A stretch of DNA of 64,000 nucleotides from Tubiluchus corallicola. Lineage: Eukaryota; Animalia; Priapulida. Both the position numbers and the translations under genes were made by a program. The stretch lies in the NCBI GenBank assembly GCA_030141605.1, contig JAQGDQ010000102.1, positions 310,961-374,960 on the forward strand, given 5' to 3'. This document shows positions 51,511-64,000 of the stretch, in pieces; position 1 is the stretch's first letter, and every line of letters begins with the position of its first letter. The notes under the pieces were generated by a model, which was given only the letters and a program-made list of their open reading frames with translations, was not told the origin of the DNA and made no database searches.

Positions 51511-54438
51511 GGTCATATCAAAATTCTAGCCTATACAGCAAAACAATTAATCTAGCTAAATTTGGACTTAACTGCTTTACTAAACTTTGCCAAACTCACA
51601 TCAATCATGCAAAATATGACCTGGTATCAGAGTATGGAGTAAAGACACTTGCAGTGTACATATGTCAGCCATTGAGGGGGGGGGAAGGTGACCATTTTGG
51701 CAAAAACCGGCGTTAGAGTACAAAATGATTAGCATTTGGATGAAAAAAAACTATGAAATTGAGGCACAATATCCCTCTCCCACGATACAATACTGTGTAA
51801 GTTAAAGTAAAAAAACGAGCTGAATTTTGTACTCTAATCTCTAATCTCATGCGGATGGTCTTCAGGACCTCCAGAAATGCCGAGGCAGATAAAAAAGTTC
51901 TAAAAGCATTAGCATGCTATATACAGTTTAATATCACTCTTCCTCCATCGATCAATACAAGGTAAATCCTGTACACACACATAGTTGCTGAAGTCAAAGG
52001 TATGTCATGTTTAAATAGGAAAAGTGAGAGCAATTTGGAAATCGCCCTTGGGCGGCCAAAACTCATGCTATTCCAACTGATATGACCTTACGCCCAAACA
52101 AATATCAAGTCGATTCAGTGTAAGTGCGCTACTCGAATGGTGATGATTGTAATTAATTAATTTTCTAATCAATAAAAACAGCAACTTTTACCTCTCTGCA
52201 CCCAAAGAATTCAACCATTCCAGATAAGTCGCATTATCCAGAAATACTAGGCATCAGTAGCCAGAGTCACGATGGTTCTTTTGAAGCCCTTGCGGTTAGT
52301 GTACAATTACTATAAATAGATGAAATAAAAGTTCTGTTAAAATATGAACAAAACCGTTTAAAAATGTTCAGCTTAACACTTCTTCAAAAAACTGAATCCT
52401 TTGTGACATGAGCAGCAACAATGACTAATGAACAATGGTGACAGTTAGACAATGTACACCAAGCAGTGGATGGCTTCTGAACCAAAGTGCCAGCATTTTT
52501 TTAATTCTTACGCTGTACAGACAACGTGAAGGGGGAAGTGCTAAAAAGCTTCGATCTTACGACTCTTACCGCTTTGATATTGCGGTAAATGACAGAAACT
52601 ATATTTGCAATCAAAAATGAAACAATGTCACAAATGGTTTTTTACAACAACTCAATTTGTTAATTTTATCAAATCTTTATAGCCACACAATTTTATTAAC
52701 AATTTATGGTAAAAGACAGTAACCTTACACTTACCATCTTTGTTGGTGAAATTGTACTAGTAAAAGGCTGATACTTAACGTGTTGAGCGAAAAAAATGGG
52801 GGAAAACACCAGTTTTTGGAAGTTTCAGGCTTATGTTCCTCTTGAATGTCTCGAATTCAAAAATAAACTCAACGTAGGACAGGGTGAGTCAGAGATGTTT
52901 TGTTTGACATGCCATTTGTGACAAGTAGCAAATGGTTCAGCGATGCTGTGAAAATGTATCACACATAAACAGTGCCTGATAGTAATGCCACAACTAAAAT
53001 TAGTAGCGCTGAAGCACCGCCACTACTTTAAAAATGAGTACTGGTAAATTGTAACTTCATTACTTCTTTAAGTAGCACTATAATGTCACTACAGCATTAC
53101 ATTTAATTTTTGCAAATGACTGTTGACAGTTAACGCATACATAGGGAGTTGTATTTTCATAGCTATTGCAGAATTCGAGGGGTTTAGCAAACAGTATAAT
53201 AACAGTTATAACGATTTTGGGCAAAGTAAAGCAACGCTTTCTTCCAAGAAAACATATTCCACTCAAACGTAAAGTTGTTGCTTCCTGGCCACAACTTTAA
53301 AAAATTTGCTAAGTTTTTTTAAGTAAAGTAAATTTTGACTTCAGGCTTGCACAGTTAGTAATTTATCACACGACATAAAATAGTAATGTGTCACTGTCAG
53401 ATGCTGTATGAATATTATTAAGAATCTTACTATTATGTTGACAAATGTATAAATGACCTACAAATGTCTGTTTATAATCTTTTGTGATCGTAAATGAACC
53501 GCTTAGTTAAAACCTTGATACAATTTTCTGCACTTTGGATTTGTACCTGGGTTTCTTTAGCTGCCACTTACTATTTTAACATAAATTTACTATTATATTA
53601 ACTGGCTCGTTTAACGTGCCACCTAGATTTTGCAGTGCACTATATCAACAATGCTCAGAACTCTCCACAAAATGGAATAGTGGCTACTAGTAGTGCTAGT
53701 ACAGTAATTGCAGTTGCAACGACTGCTTTTGTAAAAAATTGTATTGTAGCATTAGCACCACTACTGTTCAGGAAAGTAATTGAATTTGTAGTGATGCTAC
53801 ATTTAAAATTGACTCAATAATGCATGTAAACAAATAAATTCGTAAGTAAATATACCTAAAGACTTAATAGTATTAAAATAAACAATAATTTACGCACATT
53901 TCGACATGCAAGTTTCCGTACTTGTAACATGATTTTTTATATTCCATTTTATGAACGTTCTCCCACCGAGCACCATCGCCTGTCACTAAATCGAACCTGA
54001 GCTATAAAATGACAAACCTAGCGCTAATTTGGAAAAGACTATTCCGATTTCAAGTCAGCAGCAGAATGCTCCAAAATTGAGCCCAAGCATCTGCACACAA
54101 AATGTCATGCTTATTTTCGAACTCCATTTCCCAATTTTCAACCGCCCGGTGACGTGTCAGACTGTCAGCGCACCGTTTGCGCATGTACCACGTGACAAAA
54201 AATTCCGCAAAATTAGCATAAAGTTTTGTAAGCAAGCGTGCCAATTTAGAGCTGTTTTATTTTATTTGTAAGAAACGATACCCCGTTGCAGATAGATACA
54301 GCGGTTATAAAATTTCAAATTAATAAACAAACCACTAACTATATTATTGAAAAACGTTGAATTTTGGAAATTTGATTTTTCTCAACCATAGGTAGTCATA
54401 TAAACTAATATTTAATACATTTGATCTGTAGTCTATGC

Positions 54439-54844
54439 TAGTGGTGAGTATTCTCTATCAGAAAGCGATTTCGAAAGGAATCGAATTTGTGGCTTTCATT
54501 TTCGAATCGAACCGAATTTTAGTATTTCGCATCCGAATTGACATCGAATTGAGTTGGAAAGATTTTCGAACAAAATTTCGAAATGCTAGTGAGAAGTGGT
54601 CTTACTAAAGATCGTGCACATTACTTGATTTTGTTCTGCTGTAAAACCATTATTAGTTTGTTGAAAATTTTGCGCAGAAACTGCAGCTAAATTGTGCTAA
54701 TTTTATGCTGTTTCAAACACTTTAATGATAAAGAATGTATGTGGCTAAAATGTTTTCGAATATAAAATTTCAGCTTCAAATTTATTTCGAACTGAGAAAA
54801 CTCGAGCGTGCGAATCGATTTCGAATGCTCAATGGTCACCCCTG
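54439..54844. mobile_element. Degenerate hAT-type MITE
   Basis: Ends TAGTGGTGAGTATT and AATGGTCACCCCTG. The flanks GTCTATGC and TTGTATGC match at 6/8, like a decayed TSD. TTCGAA motifs cluster near both ends. Confidence 0.45.
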
Positions 54845-55149
54845 TTGTATGCAGCACAACTCAATCACGTGAATACTTAATAGTATTCTTTATCATCACA
54901 CTGGTATGTGATAACTCAACTTCAAACGTTTTTTTAATTATCCGCATTGTTAGCACTAGCAATGCTTTCGTTAAGGTTGTTCGGGGATATTTTTTTATGT
55001 GACGAAATTGGCTTCTTTATCTGTATGAGCACATGCTTTAAAGAACTTGAGCCGCTGGACTCTAGTAACATTATTATTTAGACTTTTTAGGATGAAGTTT
55101 TTATTTTCACTGTTGATCTTGTGCTTTCGTAATCACGATGTATACTAAT

Positions 55150-57000
55150 ATTTCTGTCAGATGACCATGAACTCTTCTTCTTAACTCCTGATATTACCAC
55201 CATTTACTTTTTTCACACCTTTTTGAACGGCACACTGATCTTTCAAGAGCATTTTTTATATTTCTTCAAACATAGTGCCCAAACTGGCATATAAGTTTTA
55301 CTGATTGGGCCCAACATAAACTTCAGATCTATTAATTTCACCTATTTTTTTACAATTTTCAAAGAGTGTATAGTGGGTTTTAAATCAGATATGAATAATC
55401 AACAGTAGGTCATACTCCTAGAGTTGCACGCTGATTAGGATTCAAAAATAAAAGCCATTTATTGAACTAGGAACGTATTCTATTTAGTTTTGATTTTAGA
55501 AGATTACAGTCGAATTTTGCACTGTGTTCCCTATAAATTTTTGCAGATTTCTGCAAAAGCTTGGATGAACTTACAGTGCAATCAGGTTCATTCTATAAAA
55601 TAAAAAAAAGGTCTTGGTATAGTCCCTTGCGGAACACCAAAAATCACAGGTAGGTATCCAGGTCGACTGAACATTGTTTAAAGCTAATAAAAGGAAATAA
55701 AAGCTCCGACCTAGTTAAACACTTTGCCCATAATGCCTAGCCGGACCATATTGTTTTAAGCAGTAGACATTTATGTGAAACAGTATTAAATGCTTTTGTT
55801 GGTGTAAAATCTGTATATTAATCGTGTCAATGCCTACATCCGCTTTGTCAAACGAATTTGTCCAGTCATACAAACATTCACTCATTTGTGTAAATCAAGA
55901 ACAATTTCTTTGAAAACCATACTCCTGGCAAGATAGGTACTTTGCGGCTTGATAAATATTTTATTTTTTTTTCTTGAACTACATTTACAACTTGATTGGT
56001 TAAAGAAATAAGTCTAGCAGTAATTTATTGCTAATTGCTTGGAATACGTCAGGCAAATATTAGCATGTGGTGATTCTAGTCAGTCACTGGGAAGATTACT
56101 TGTACCAGCAGATCTATACTCTTATATTAATATTCTTGGTATACATATATATATATATATATTTATTTATTTATTTATATATAAGATTCGAGGCTACAGC
56201 TTCGACGAGGGCACCATTTGCGGCGATCTATATATCAAACGAAAGGTCTCGATCTAGTGTCGTGCCATTGATGCTTTGTTTTTCGAATCGGGCCCACCAG
56301 GAGGAAGGGGGCCGAAAAACCTCCAAAAATGGCCATTTTTCGGCCGTTTTTTGCAAAAGTTCTACGCCTGAGATGTAGAGAACGGGAATGGGCCGAGGGG
56401 GGTGCTGGGTACGGATAGATAGCCCGTTCAGCGATGGGTGTCATAGGCCTATTTTGAATTCCCGAGAGGGCCACGGCGCCCCGCAACGGGCGTTTTCCCG
56501 GACCCAACTCGCGATTTTTTCGAAATTTTGACCAAACAGCATGCGGGAAAAACGTTCTAGCGTCGCCCGGTAGGACTCTCGGAAGAAGATATGGGGCTCT
56601 TTAGAAAGAGGAAGGACAGGGCTAGACGATGATGTGGGCTATACGTTAGGACAGGTCCACCGAGAGGAGTACTGGTGAGTTAATTAGATGTTCTATTTTT
56701 CGCAATTTTCGCTTAGAAAACTGCTGACGCAAAGGCATTGTTGTGACGTCATCCATTGTATTCTGTCTATAATCTTATAGCTTTAATTCAGTAAAAGCTA
56801 CAGGTTTTGCGTTAGTTAAGCAAAAAGTAGGCATGATGTTACGGGCTTTGTGTTATAAATGAGGACTATGTAGGATGTTCGCGTGTTATTGATTATACGT
56901 GGTTTTTTACGCAAAATCTTTTGCGGGGCCTTTGCTAGTTCTTTAAAATAATACAATGTAGATATAACAGAAGAGCAAAATTTGAATCATTTTTTAAAAC
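55150..57000 (-). mobile_element. CR1/L2-type LINE RT remnant, split by a Helitron
   Basis: Minus-strand motifs PVIFGVPQGTI (~55620-55650) and KAFNTVSH (~55775-55800). IIFKES|AGTSNLPSD* reads across the Helitron insertion point. Confidence 0.65.
56113..56938 (+). mobile_element. Complete solo non-autonomous Helitron (826 bp)
   Basis: A|TCTATACTCTTATATTAATA...CGCAAAA-TC-TTTTGCG (56910-25) GGGCCTTTG CTAG|T. It is inserted between A and T with no TSD. Confidence 0.93.
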
Positions 57001-59580
57001 AATTTAGAACGAAGGTAATAATAATCTTCTGCGCCTGTAGATTTATAAGGGTTGATCTTATGCATTATAGTAAAAGAAAAATGAACATCATTAATGTTTT
57101 ATGGTTTCGATTAGAGGTTACTTTAGGAAGAATACGATCAGGCTCAAGACTCATCTCTTTAGAAATGTAACATTAGAAGTAATTTTAATACTTTATCCTC
57201 ATATTCCCTACATAGCTGACCAACCAGTTAGGTGCCTCACGATAGAGTGATTCTAATTAATTAGATTTATTCTTTTTATTTAAATTAATCTTTGGACAAA
57301 TTTTCTGTTAGTAATAATAGTAGACCATGATTAATTGTAATTAAATTTTAAAATCAATTTTTTTGAAAAACTGGAAACATAATAAATGTTAAAAGTTGCA
57401 ACACGGACTGGCTGGATTTAAACTAGCGGCCGACTAATTACACGGCAGTGCCCTGATTCTAGATCCCCTTGCCCAGTAATATCACAGTCGAAAATTCATC
57501 CCTTACGTAGTTATAGCTGACCACTCAGTTCTGTTTGGTTTCAAAATTTAATAATTGCGAATTTACGACAACTACAAAATCACAAACACAAAGTCACCAT
57601 CGACGTGACACATATGCCTACTGTCATTTAATCAGAAATTTGCAGGAATGGTTTCGGTCATCTTCAGTCCAGAGTCTGCAAAAGTGGACAACACATTAAA
57701 TCTATATAATTACTTTACAGAAATCAGGAATATGATTTGCGTCACTATTATTATGATTTGTAATCTAAACATCTGGCTATAAAACGTAGAAAAACTTTAA
57801 AGCGAAGAAAGGGCAATTTTAAAGTATGTCCCAAAAGATTTTCTATACAAAGTTACATTGTTTAGCATTATGCTTACCTGCTTGAAAGACTTGCGTGACT
57901 AGAAAAGAAAATTCATAGTAATTTAAAATGTTCGTGTCAACTGGTAAAATGTCACTCACACATTTTCCACTGGCTCAAGAAAAAAATGTATTTCTAATTT
58001 CTTAAAATACAATAATTTGAACTGTTTTTAAACTTCATGCAGTGTTATCTAAACTTTGTCCCAATGATTTTCCATTGCCATTCCAATGGCTATTTGTCAC
58101 AATGGGAGTTTCAATTTTCAAGTTTTATACTGCGTTACTGCTGAGCAACTCTGTATGCAATCAGGTAATATGTAGAGAATGACAAAATTCCAGTACAAAT
58201 TTCGGTCGCTTTATGTAGACAGATGGCTTTATTGTGCTTTAAACAGATTCCAACCTGTGAATCAACTTAAGCTTAATTTATTTGTTATCAAACGTTATCA
58301 ACATAAAACTGTGATATCGCGCTACTCAAAAACCTTCACGCAAGGAATAACAGTTTGTTTTTTTTCCAAGAAAATAAGCAGCTAACCAAACGGCCATGTT
58401 TGCGCGAGAGTTATACCATTTCTGTTAACAAGAATAAGATAACATGTGTATCTTATGCCAGTTATATGATATGAGTCACAATTGATAAGAAACGCATTGA
58501 GGTCGTTCATATACAACAACATTTTTTGTAATATTGTTTGACTTACAGCTAAATTATTTTTTCGTTCGTACAGTTTTCTGTAGAACGATTTTTTACGAAA
58601 TTATTTATTTAACTTCATTCACAGCTGCAGCAAAACGTGAAAACAATACAATAATCACAATGTTATGACGAAAGAACAATGGCATACTATATTTTAGTGT
58701 TGTTGTTTAGGCCTACTGCTAGTATATAGCAATTAAGCTAAGTACTAATAACTTGTGCATGAATAAATATTATAACATGATACTGCAGACTTTGTATAAT
58801 TCGTACTGAGAAATTATCACTGCTTGGAATAATGTGACACGAGATGTGAAAGAAGCCAGCGATGTAACAACTCACGCAGTCAGATCTAAGCTTGCCTAAA
58901 CTTCACAAGTGTGATTGTTTGAATGATAGTTTGGTCAGATCAATGGTGTTAGATTAATAAAATTGTAGCTCGTGAGCTGTAATCATTATTAAATTTTGGC
59001 TAGCTTGTTTTCATCATAAATTATAGTATCAAACACCTGCAAACTGAAGATAAAAATTAGTTGGCTCACAATTTTCGCGAGTTATCAGTTATACAAACTA
59101 AGTAGAGTTAGAACTGCTACGCTATAGCTTAGAACACCTAATAAAATATCAGTAATGAAATATCTGATCTCATTTGTTGGTACTAATACTGATTCAGAAA
59201 GCAAAATACGATTGACACTTGATTTTATACCAGTAAATATGACTTAATAAAAATACTTTGTGCTTTGTTTTTTTATATAACTGGTGGCTTTTAATTATGA
59301 CTGATTAATTTTATTAACGGCATGATGCTCATTTTTTTAATAATTCAATACACGCAAGCTACATTATTGACAACTGCCGGACAAGACCGCCCAACAGGGA
59401 CGTGATAAATTTTATGGATTTACATGTATTTCTATTATGTCTTTATCACAACTTATTATAATAATTATCAAGTCCCTGCGCTCAAAGACGATTTTCGAGT
59501 TTCGTGACACGGAACCGTAGGGATAATGATGTTTTTTGCAGATCTATGGCCGAGCTGGAGGGAGCTACCTTTCGTACTCA

Positions 59581-59590
59581 ATGACGTCAT
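59581..59590. promoter_or_regulatory. CRE/ATF palindrome ATGACGTCAT in the putative promoter of the RRM gene
   Basis: A perfect 10-bp palindrome ~130 bp upstream of the ATG, in a CpG-enriched stretch (59480-59720). Confidence 0.45.
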
Positions 59591-59721
59591 ACGTGTGCGG
59601 CTTTCTGAACGCTGTAGTCTGCGGAACCGTATGGCGAAAAGTCGAAAGTCCACGTTGGTTGTTGATTGTCGGTGATTATCAATTTACCACGTAGCATTTA
59701 GTTATCCCGTTAGTTGGCATC

Positions 59722-59848
59722 ATGGTTGACGAGAACATTCCGGTAAAGAGTGAAGCTGCATTGCTTCAGCTTATGAATCGAACCGGATACACAATAATTC
59801 AAGAAAATGGTCAACGAAAATTTGGAGGGCCTCCGCCCGGCTGGGAAG
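59722..59848 (+). CDS. RBM46: RBM46-like (A1CF/RBM46/RBM47 family) RNA-binding protein, coding exon 1
   Basis: [42 protein letters not shown]. Phase-1 donor G|GTATGA. Confidence 0.9.
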
Positions 59849-60770
59849 GTATGATATTTTTTTATTTTAGTATTTGTTTTACTAAAATTATAGTAGTAGT
59901 AATAACAAATTGGCACCAGTACGATGTTATGTACGTACAGATTTTTAGGCTGCACGGTACGTGACAGTCGAATTTAGTAACTCTAGCTAATGATGTTAAC
60001 AGTGTTTTTCGTTTACTTGGCCAACCGGTTTCAATTAATACCGGTGATTTTTGAGGCTGCAAAATTTAAAACACCGGCGCGTACGTAAAATTAAAAGTGA
60101 TTTCTAAAATTTATGTTAATGTTGATTTTGCATTCTACTGGTTCAAAATTTTGCAGGTTCAAAAATGAACGGTTTCAGTAGTTTGGTTAATTGCCTCCAG
60201 GAAAACAGATTCTGGACGGTTTCATTTGCCTTATTACTTCCTACTTTGTGATAGGATTAGGATGTATATACTTACATTTGAACTTTAAATGCTAGTTTAC
60301 CTTAGCTATTTCATTGTCTCATCTTACGATTGATGAGTTAGGTTCCCATATCGGCACTGCCATGTTACATTAATTGTAGAGCCTGTCTTTAAACGTACTG
60401 TTTAGCTGTATTAAGAAAACAAAATTGTAGTGCTGAGTACAAATTTGTTTTTACGTTAAAAATGATAATTTTTGATATTGAAGTGCTTATTGACCATTTT
60501 TTACAGAACAGAGGCCTGTCAATCATATCTTGATTACAATTAGATTTTTAACGTTCTTTTTTAATATGTTTTTTAATGCTCTCTTTTACGTGTTTTAGTG
60601 TATTTTTAATCTATTCTTGTGGACTGAAAATCGCTACTTAATTAATTCGCATCACAGCGCTCTCGATAACAGTTTTTCGACAGATTTACACTTGCGTCAA
60701 AACGTACCAGCATTCATATAGTAAAGTATAAAAGCTATCTTTTTTAACGTATTTAAATTTCTATTAGCAG

Positions 60771-61315
60771 GAAAACATCCTCCACCAAGAGGTTGTGAGG
60801 TGTTTATTGGGAAAATCCCTCGTGATCTGTTTGAAGATGAGCTGGTTCCTGTACTGGAAAAAATTGGACCAATTTATGAGCTCCGACTCATGATGGATTT
60901 CAGTGGATCCAATCGTGGATACGCTTTCTGTATGTTTACCAACAGGGACGATGCCCAAAAAGCCGTTAAGCAATTGAACAATTACGAGATCCGCAAGGGT
61001 CGGTACCTTGGCGTGTGCCCGAGCATAGATAATTGTCGACTTTTCGTGGGTGGCATTCCCAAAAATAAAATGCGGGAAGAAATCATGTCGGAAATGACCA
61101 AAGTTACTGATGGCGTCGTTGATGTCATTGTGTATCCATCGGCGACGGATAAGTCCAAAAATCGAGGATTCGCATTCGTAGAGTATGAAAGTCACAGAGC
61201 GGCGGCTATGGCCCGCAGAAAACTCATACCGGGAAAGATCCAGCTTTGGGGGCATCATATAATGGTGGACTGGGCTGAACCAGAACGAGAGGTGGAGGCT
61301 GAGGTGATGCAGCAG
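60771..61315 (+). CDS. RBM46: RBM46-like protein, coding exon 2 (RRM1 and RRM2)
   Basis: Acceptor tagc[29 protein letters not shown]...NRGYAF...[12 protein letters not shown]...[37 protein letters not shown]...VDWAEPE. Phase-0 donor CAG|GTCAGT. Confidence 0.95.
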
Positions 61316-62840
61316 GTCAGTTGCCATAGTTACAGTATTCTTTACTTAGCATGAAATTGACTGCAGTCATAGGTGTTTATGATAGTTTGAACTAACTGTT
61401 TTACCTGTGCTTGTAGTAATTAGTAATTTACTTTGTAATGACTAATAACAAATATGTATTTGATCATCTATATTTAAACAGCTTTGATACTGTTATTATA
61501 TTGTTAGGACACTAGCGCAGCTTAAAAAGTTTTAGCGAGTTTGTGTATCTTTTTCCATTGATTGTTCCCACTCACGATGAATGTCACATCATGCAGTCAT
61601 TGGTTATAGAATAGATTAGAAAATAGAAATTATTTTTTGATGTATATATAAAAATCATTGTAAACCAAAGTTGCTTGCATTATAGTCCAAGTAAATTAGT
61701 AGAAAACAAAACACATTCATTTGGCAGTTTAAGCTAGTTTTCAAAAAGAACGTAAAATATGGCTATATCTTTTATTTAAATGTTATGCAGATGAATCTAT
61801 ATGTGAATATCGCAAATACTATGACAAATAAACAAACAGCAAACCATTAAAATCTAGGAGGAATGAATATAAAAGCTAGTGAAGTCACACAAGATCCAAA
61901 AATGTTTTTTGTTTGTTTATTTATATTACCTGTATTTTTATTTCGCCATTTTTAACATGTCAGAGCTTTTCGCTTTGTTCGCTTTTTTAAGTTCTTTTGC
62001 GATTGTAATCTTAGCTTTTTTGTGTTTCTGCTTATTTTCTTTATCCAAATGTTTGTATATATTGTACTGATTCTTGTATATATGTCTACAGATGTTTATG
62101 TTTGTGTACTTACATGTATTTATTTTTTTAATTTTAAGTCACTGAAACCACCAATCAAGGCTTTGGTGTAAATGAGCTTCGCTCAATCAAGTTATCCTGA
62201 ATAAATATCTTTTCTTACCTTATTTTGAAAATATATCTATTATTATTTATTACATTAAATCACTATTTATTATAGACTATTTCTGTGTAGAATATTCTGC
62301 CACCAGGATTAGTATGTAAATTAACCTTAATGATAAAAGTGTCTGCAGCAAATAACCACAGATATGCATATGCATGTCCCCTTTTTGTGCTCATATATAG
62401 TCATCGCTGACTTATAAAAGTAAAATTATATCAATAGCCAAAACATTGCTACTAACTTACTAGTAATGTAGCATTTTAAAAATGTCTAATGTCTGTATCC
62501 AACCGTCTTTGGCATGCATGATTTTTATATAAATGATGGGCTGATGTCTTATATAACTGTTAGTTTATATGAGTCAGCAAAAGCATGTACAGTGCTGCAG
62601 CATAGACTCAGCATTAACACTTAAACAGTGCCCTTAAAAGTGCCTATAACAGTTCTAACACACGCCCCACGTCCAAAATCCTGATCCCTATTTATGGGTT
62701 ACCAGCTGCTTTTGATGTTAAACTGATAGTTTTAAATGCACTGCATCACACTCCACACCATTATCGTAACGTTTTCAAAACGTCCGAAGTGCAGACGTCT
62801 AAAAATTAGTGAGTAAAGTGTTAAAGTGTTTCTAGTTTAT

Positions 62841-62926
62841 CTGTTAAATTCATATACAAATTGAATAAAAATTCTCGCCCTTATGGCATTGTTTTAAAAA
62901 AGGGCTTACTTTTTGTATCCACCCTG
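62841..62926. mobile_element. Solitary TIR of the Tc1/mariner family seen at 13630-14280, in intron 2
   Basis: ...AAAATTCTCG..TATGGCATT..TTTAAAAAAGGGCTTACTTTTTGTATCCACCCTG|TA. Confidence 0.7.
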
Positions 62927-63472
62927 TATATGCCATTTAAAAGTGTCTAAGGAGTAAATTCCAAACGTCTGTGTCTATAAATCTTAAACAAGGCTAAACC
63001 TTGTTTTCCTAATCATAGGTGAATAGTTGAATGGTTACCGTGTGTACTTGGAGATTGAAGTTAAGCAATACTCGGTCTGGTAGTGAATTAATGGACCTCC
63101 ACGTTCAGTAATCGTACAGGTGACTTATCGATCAAACTGAGTTGAACTGGCATGAGTGTTCAAGAAAATTATATATAAACATCCAATCTTAGCTGTCATT
63201 TTTCTTGTCAGGTCCCTTATTAGAGAAAACCTTAGCCTCAATTTTTAAATAATAAATAAACAAGAACAAATAATAATAATAAGCCTCATTAAAATAGACT
63301 GAACTGCAGCCGCCATTAATTACTGCTGACTGCCATTCTAGTAGGCTACCCAATACTCATCTGTACCAAGTGCAGAAAACGTCAGCACCACCTGTTGCCA
63401 GTTTTGCCGTTTGCCGCTTGCATGCGAATATACCTTTACGCCAAGCGATCAATTTACCATTTTACTTCGCAG

Positions 63473-63647
63473 GTGAAGGTGCTATACGTGAGAAATTTGA
63501 TGCTTTCCACGACCGAAGAAACGATCCGCGAGCGATTCAACGAAGTCCGAGATGGAGCGGTGGAAAGAGTTAAAAAGATGCGAGATTTCGCTTTTGTGCA
63601 TTTCACCACCCGGGATGATGCAATCCACGCAATGGAAATGCTTGACG
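63473..63647 (+). CDS. RBM46: RBM46-like protein, coding exon 3 (RRM3); the gene continues beyond the window
   Basis: Acceptor ttttacttcgcAG. [58 protein letters not shown]. Probable donor G|GTAGAT. Confidence 0.92.
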
Positions 63648-63709
63648 GTAGATCTTTATAGAGCAAAGCCTTTATATATTTGTTTGCTCATCTATTTCAC
63701 AAAACCATT

Positions 63710-64000
63710 TATTTATTTATTCATTCATTCGTTTACTCATTCTTTTATTCATTCGTTCATTCATTTATGCACTCATTCTTATATTCATTAAATCAAACAT
63801 TTATTCAATGATTAATAGATTTATTCATTCATTTATTCGTTCATTCATTCGTTAATTCATTTACTCTTTCATTCTTTCAATCACTCATTCATTTAGTCAT
63901 TCATTCGTTCTTTCATTCATTCATTCATCCAGCCATTCATTAAAACATTGATTCAGTAATTCATTCATTTGATCTATCATATGTTCATTCATTCATTCAT
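63710..64000. repeat. Degenerate (TCAT)n microsatellite
   Basis: Directly visible. Confidence 0.93.

Noticed and set aside
60764-61327. 187-aa minus-strand ORF
   Set aside because: It is the antisense shadow of the RRM exon.

Overview
AT-rich, intron-containing animal genomic DNA, probably a marine invertebrate; the taxon cannot be fixed from sequence alone. Most ORFs in the supplied track are artefacts. Supported host genes: (i) the 5' coding exon of a secreted Thr/Glu-rich mucin-like protein on the minus strand (693 to the window edge), absent from the ORF track; (ii) the first three coding exons of an RBM46-like (A1CF/RBM46/RBM47 family) triple-RRM gene (59722-63647); (iii) a tandem cluster of an unrecognised ~200-aa basic orphan ORF (46.3-49.8 kb), with one intact copy and three damaged copies. 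The rest is transposon-rich. A non-autonomous Helitron family (A|TC...hairpin-CTAG|T) occurs as a 3.6-kb head-to-tail and nested array, as a solo copy inside a CR1-like LINE, as a truncated copy, and as a diverged copy carrying a complete 3.2-kb hAT transposon with a perfect 8-bp TSD. Also present are a P-element derivative interrupted by a perfect 83-bp templated insertion, Tc1/mariner and other MITEs, LINE and BEL/Pao remnants, and many micro- and minisatellites. I found no CRISPR array, rRNA or intact tRNA. No new biological system is proven. The best leads are the orphan gene array, the Helitron self-targeting and nesting, and the local templated-repair signatures. Family assignments come from remembered motifs, not database searches.
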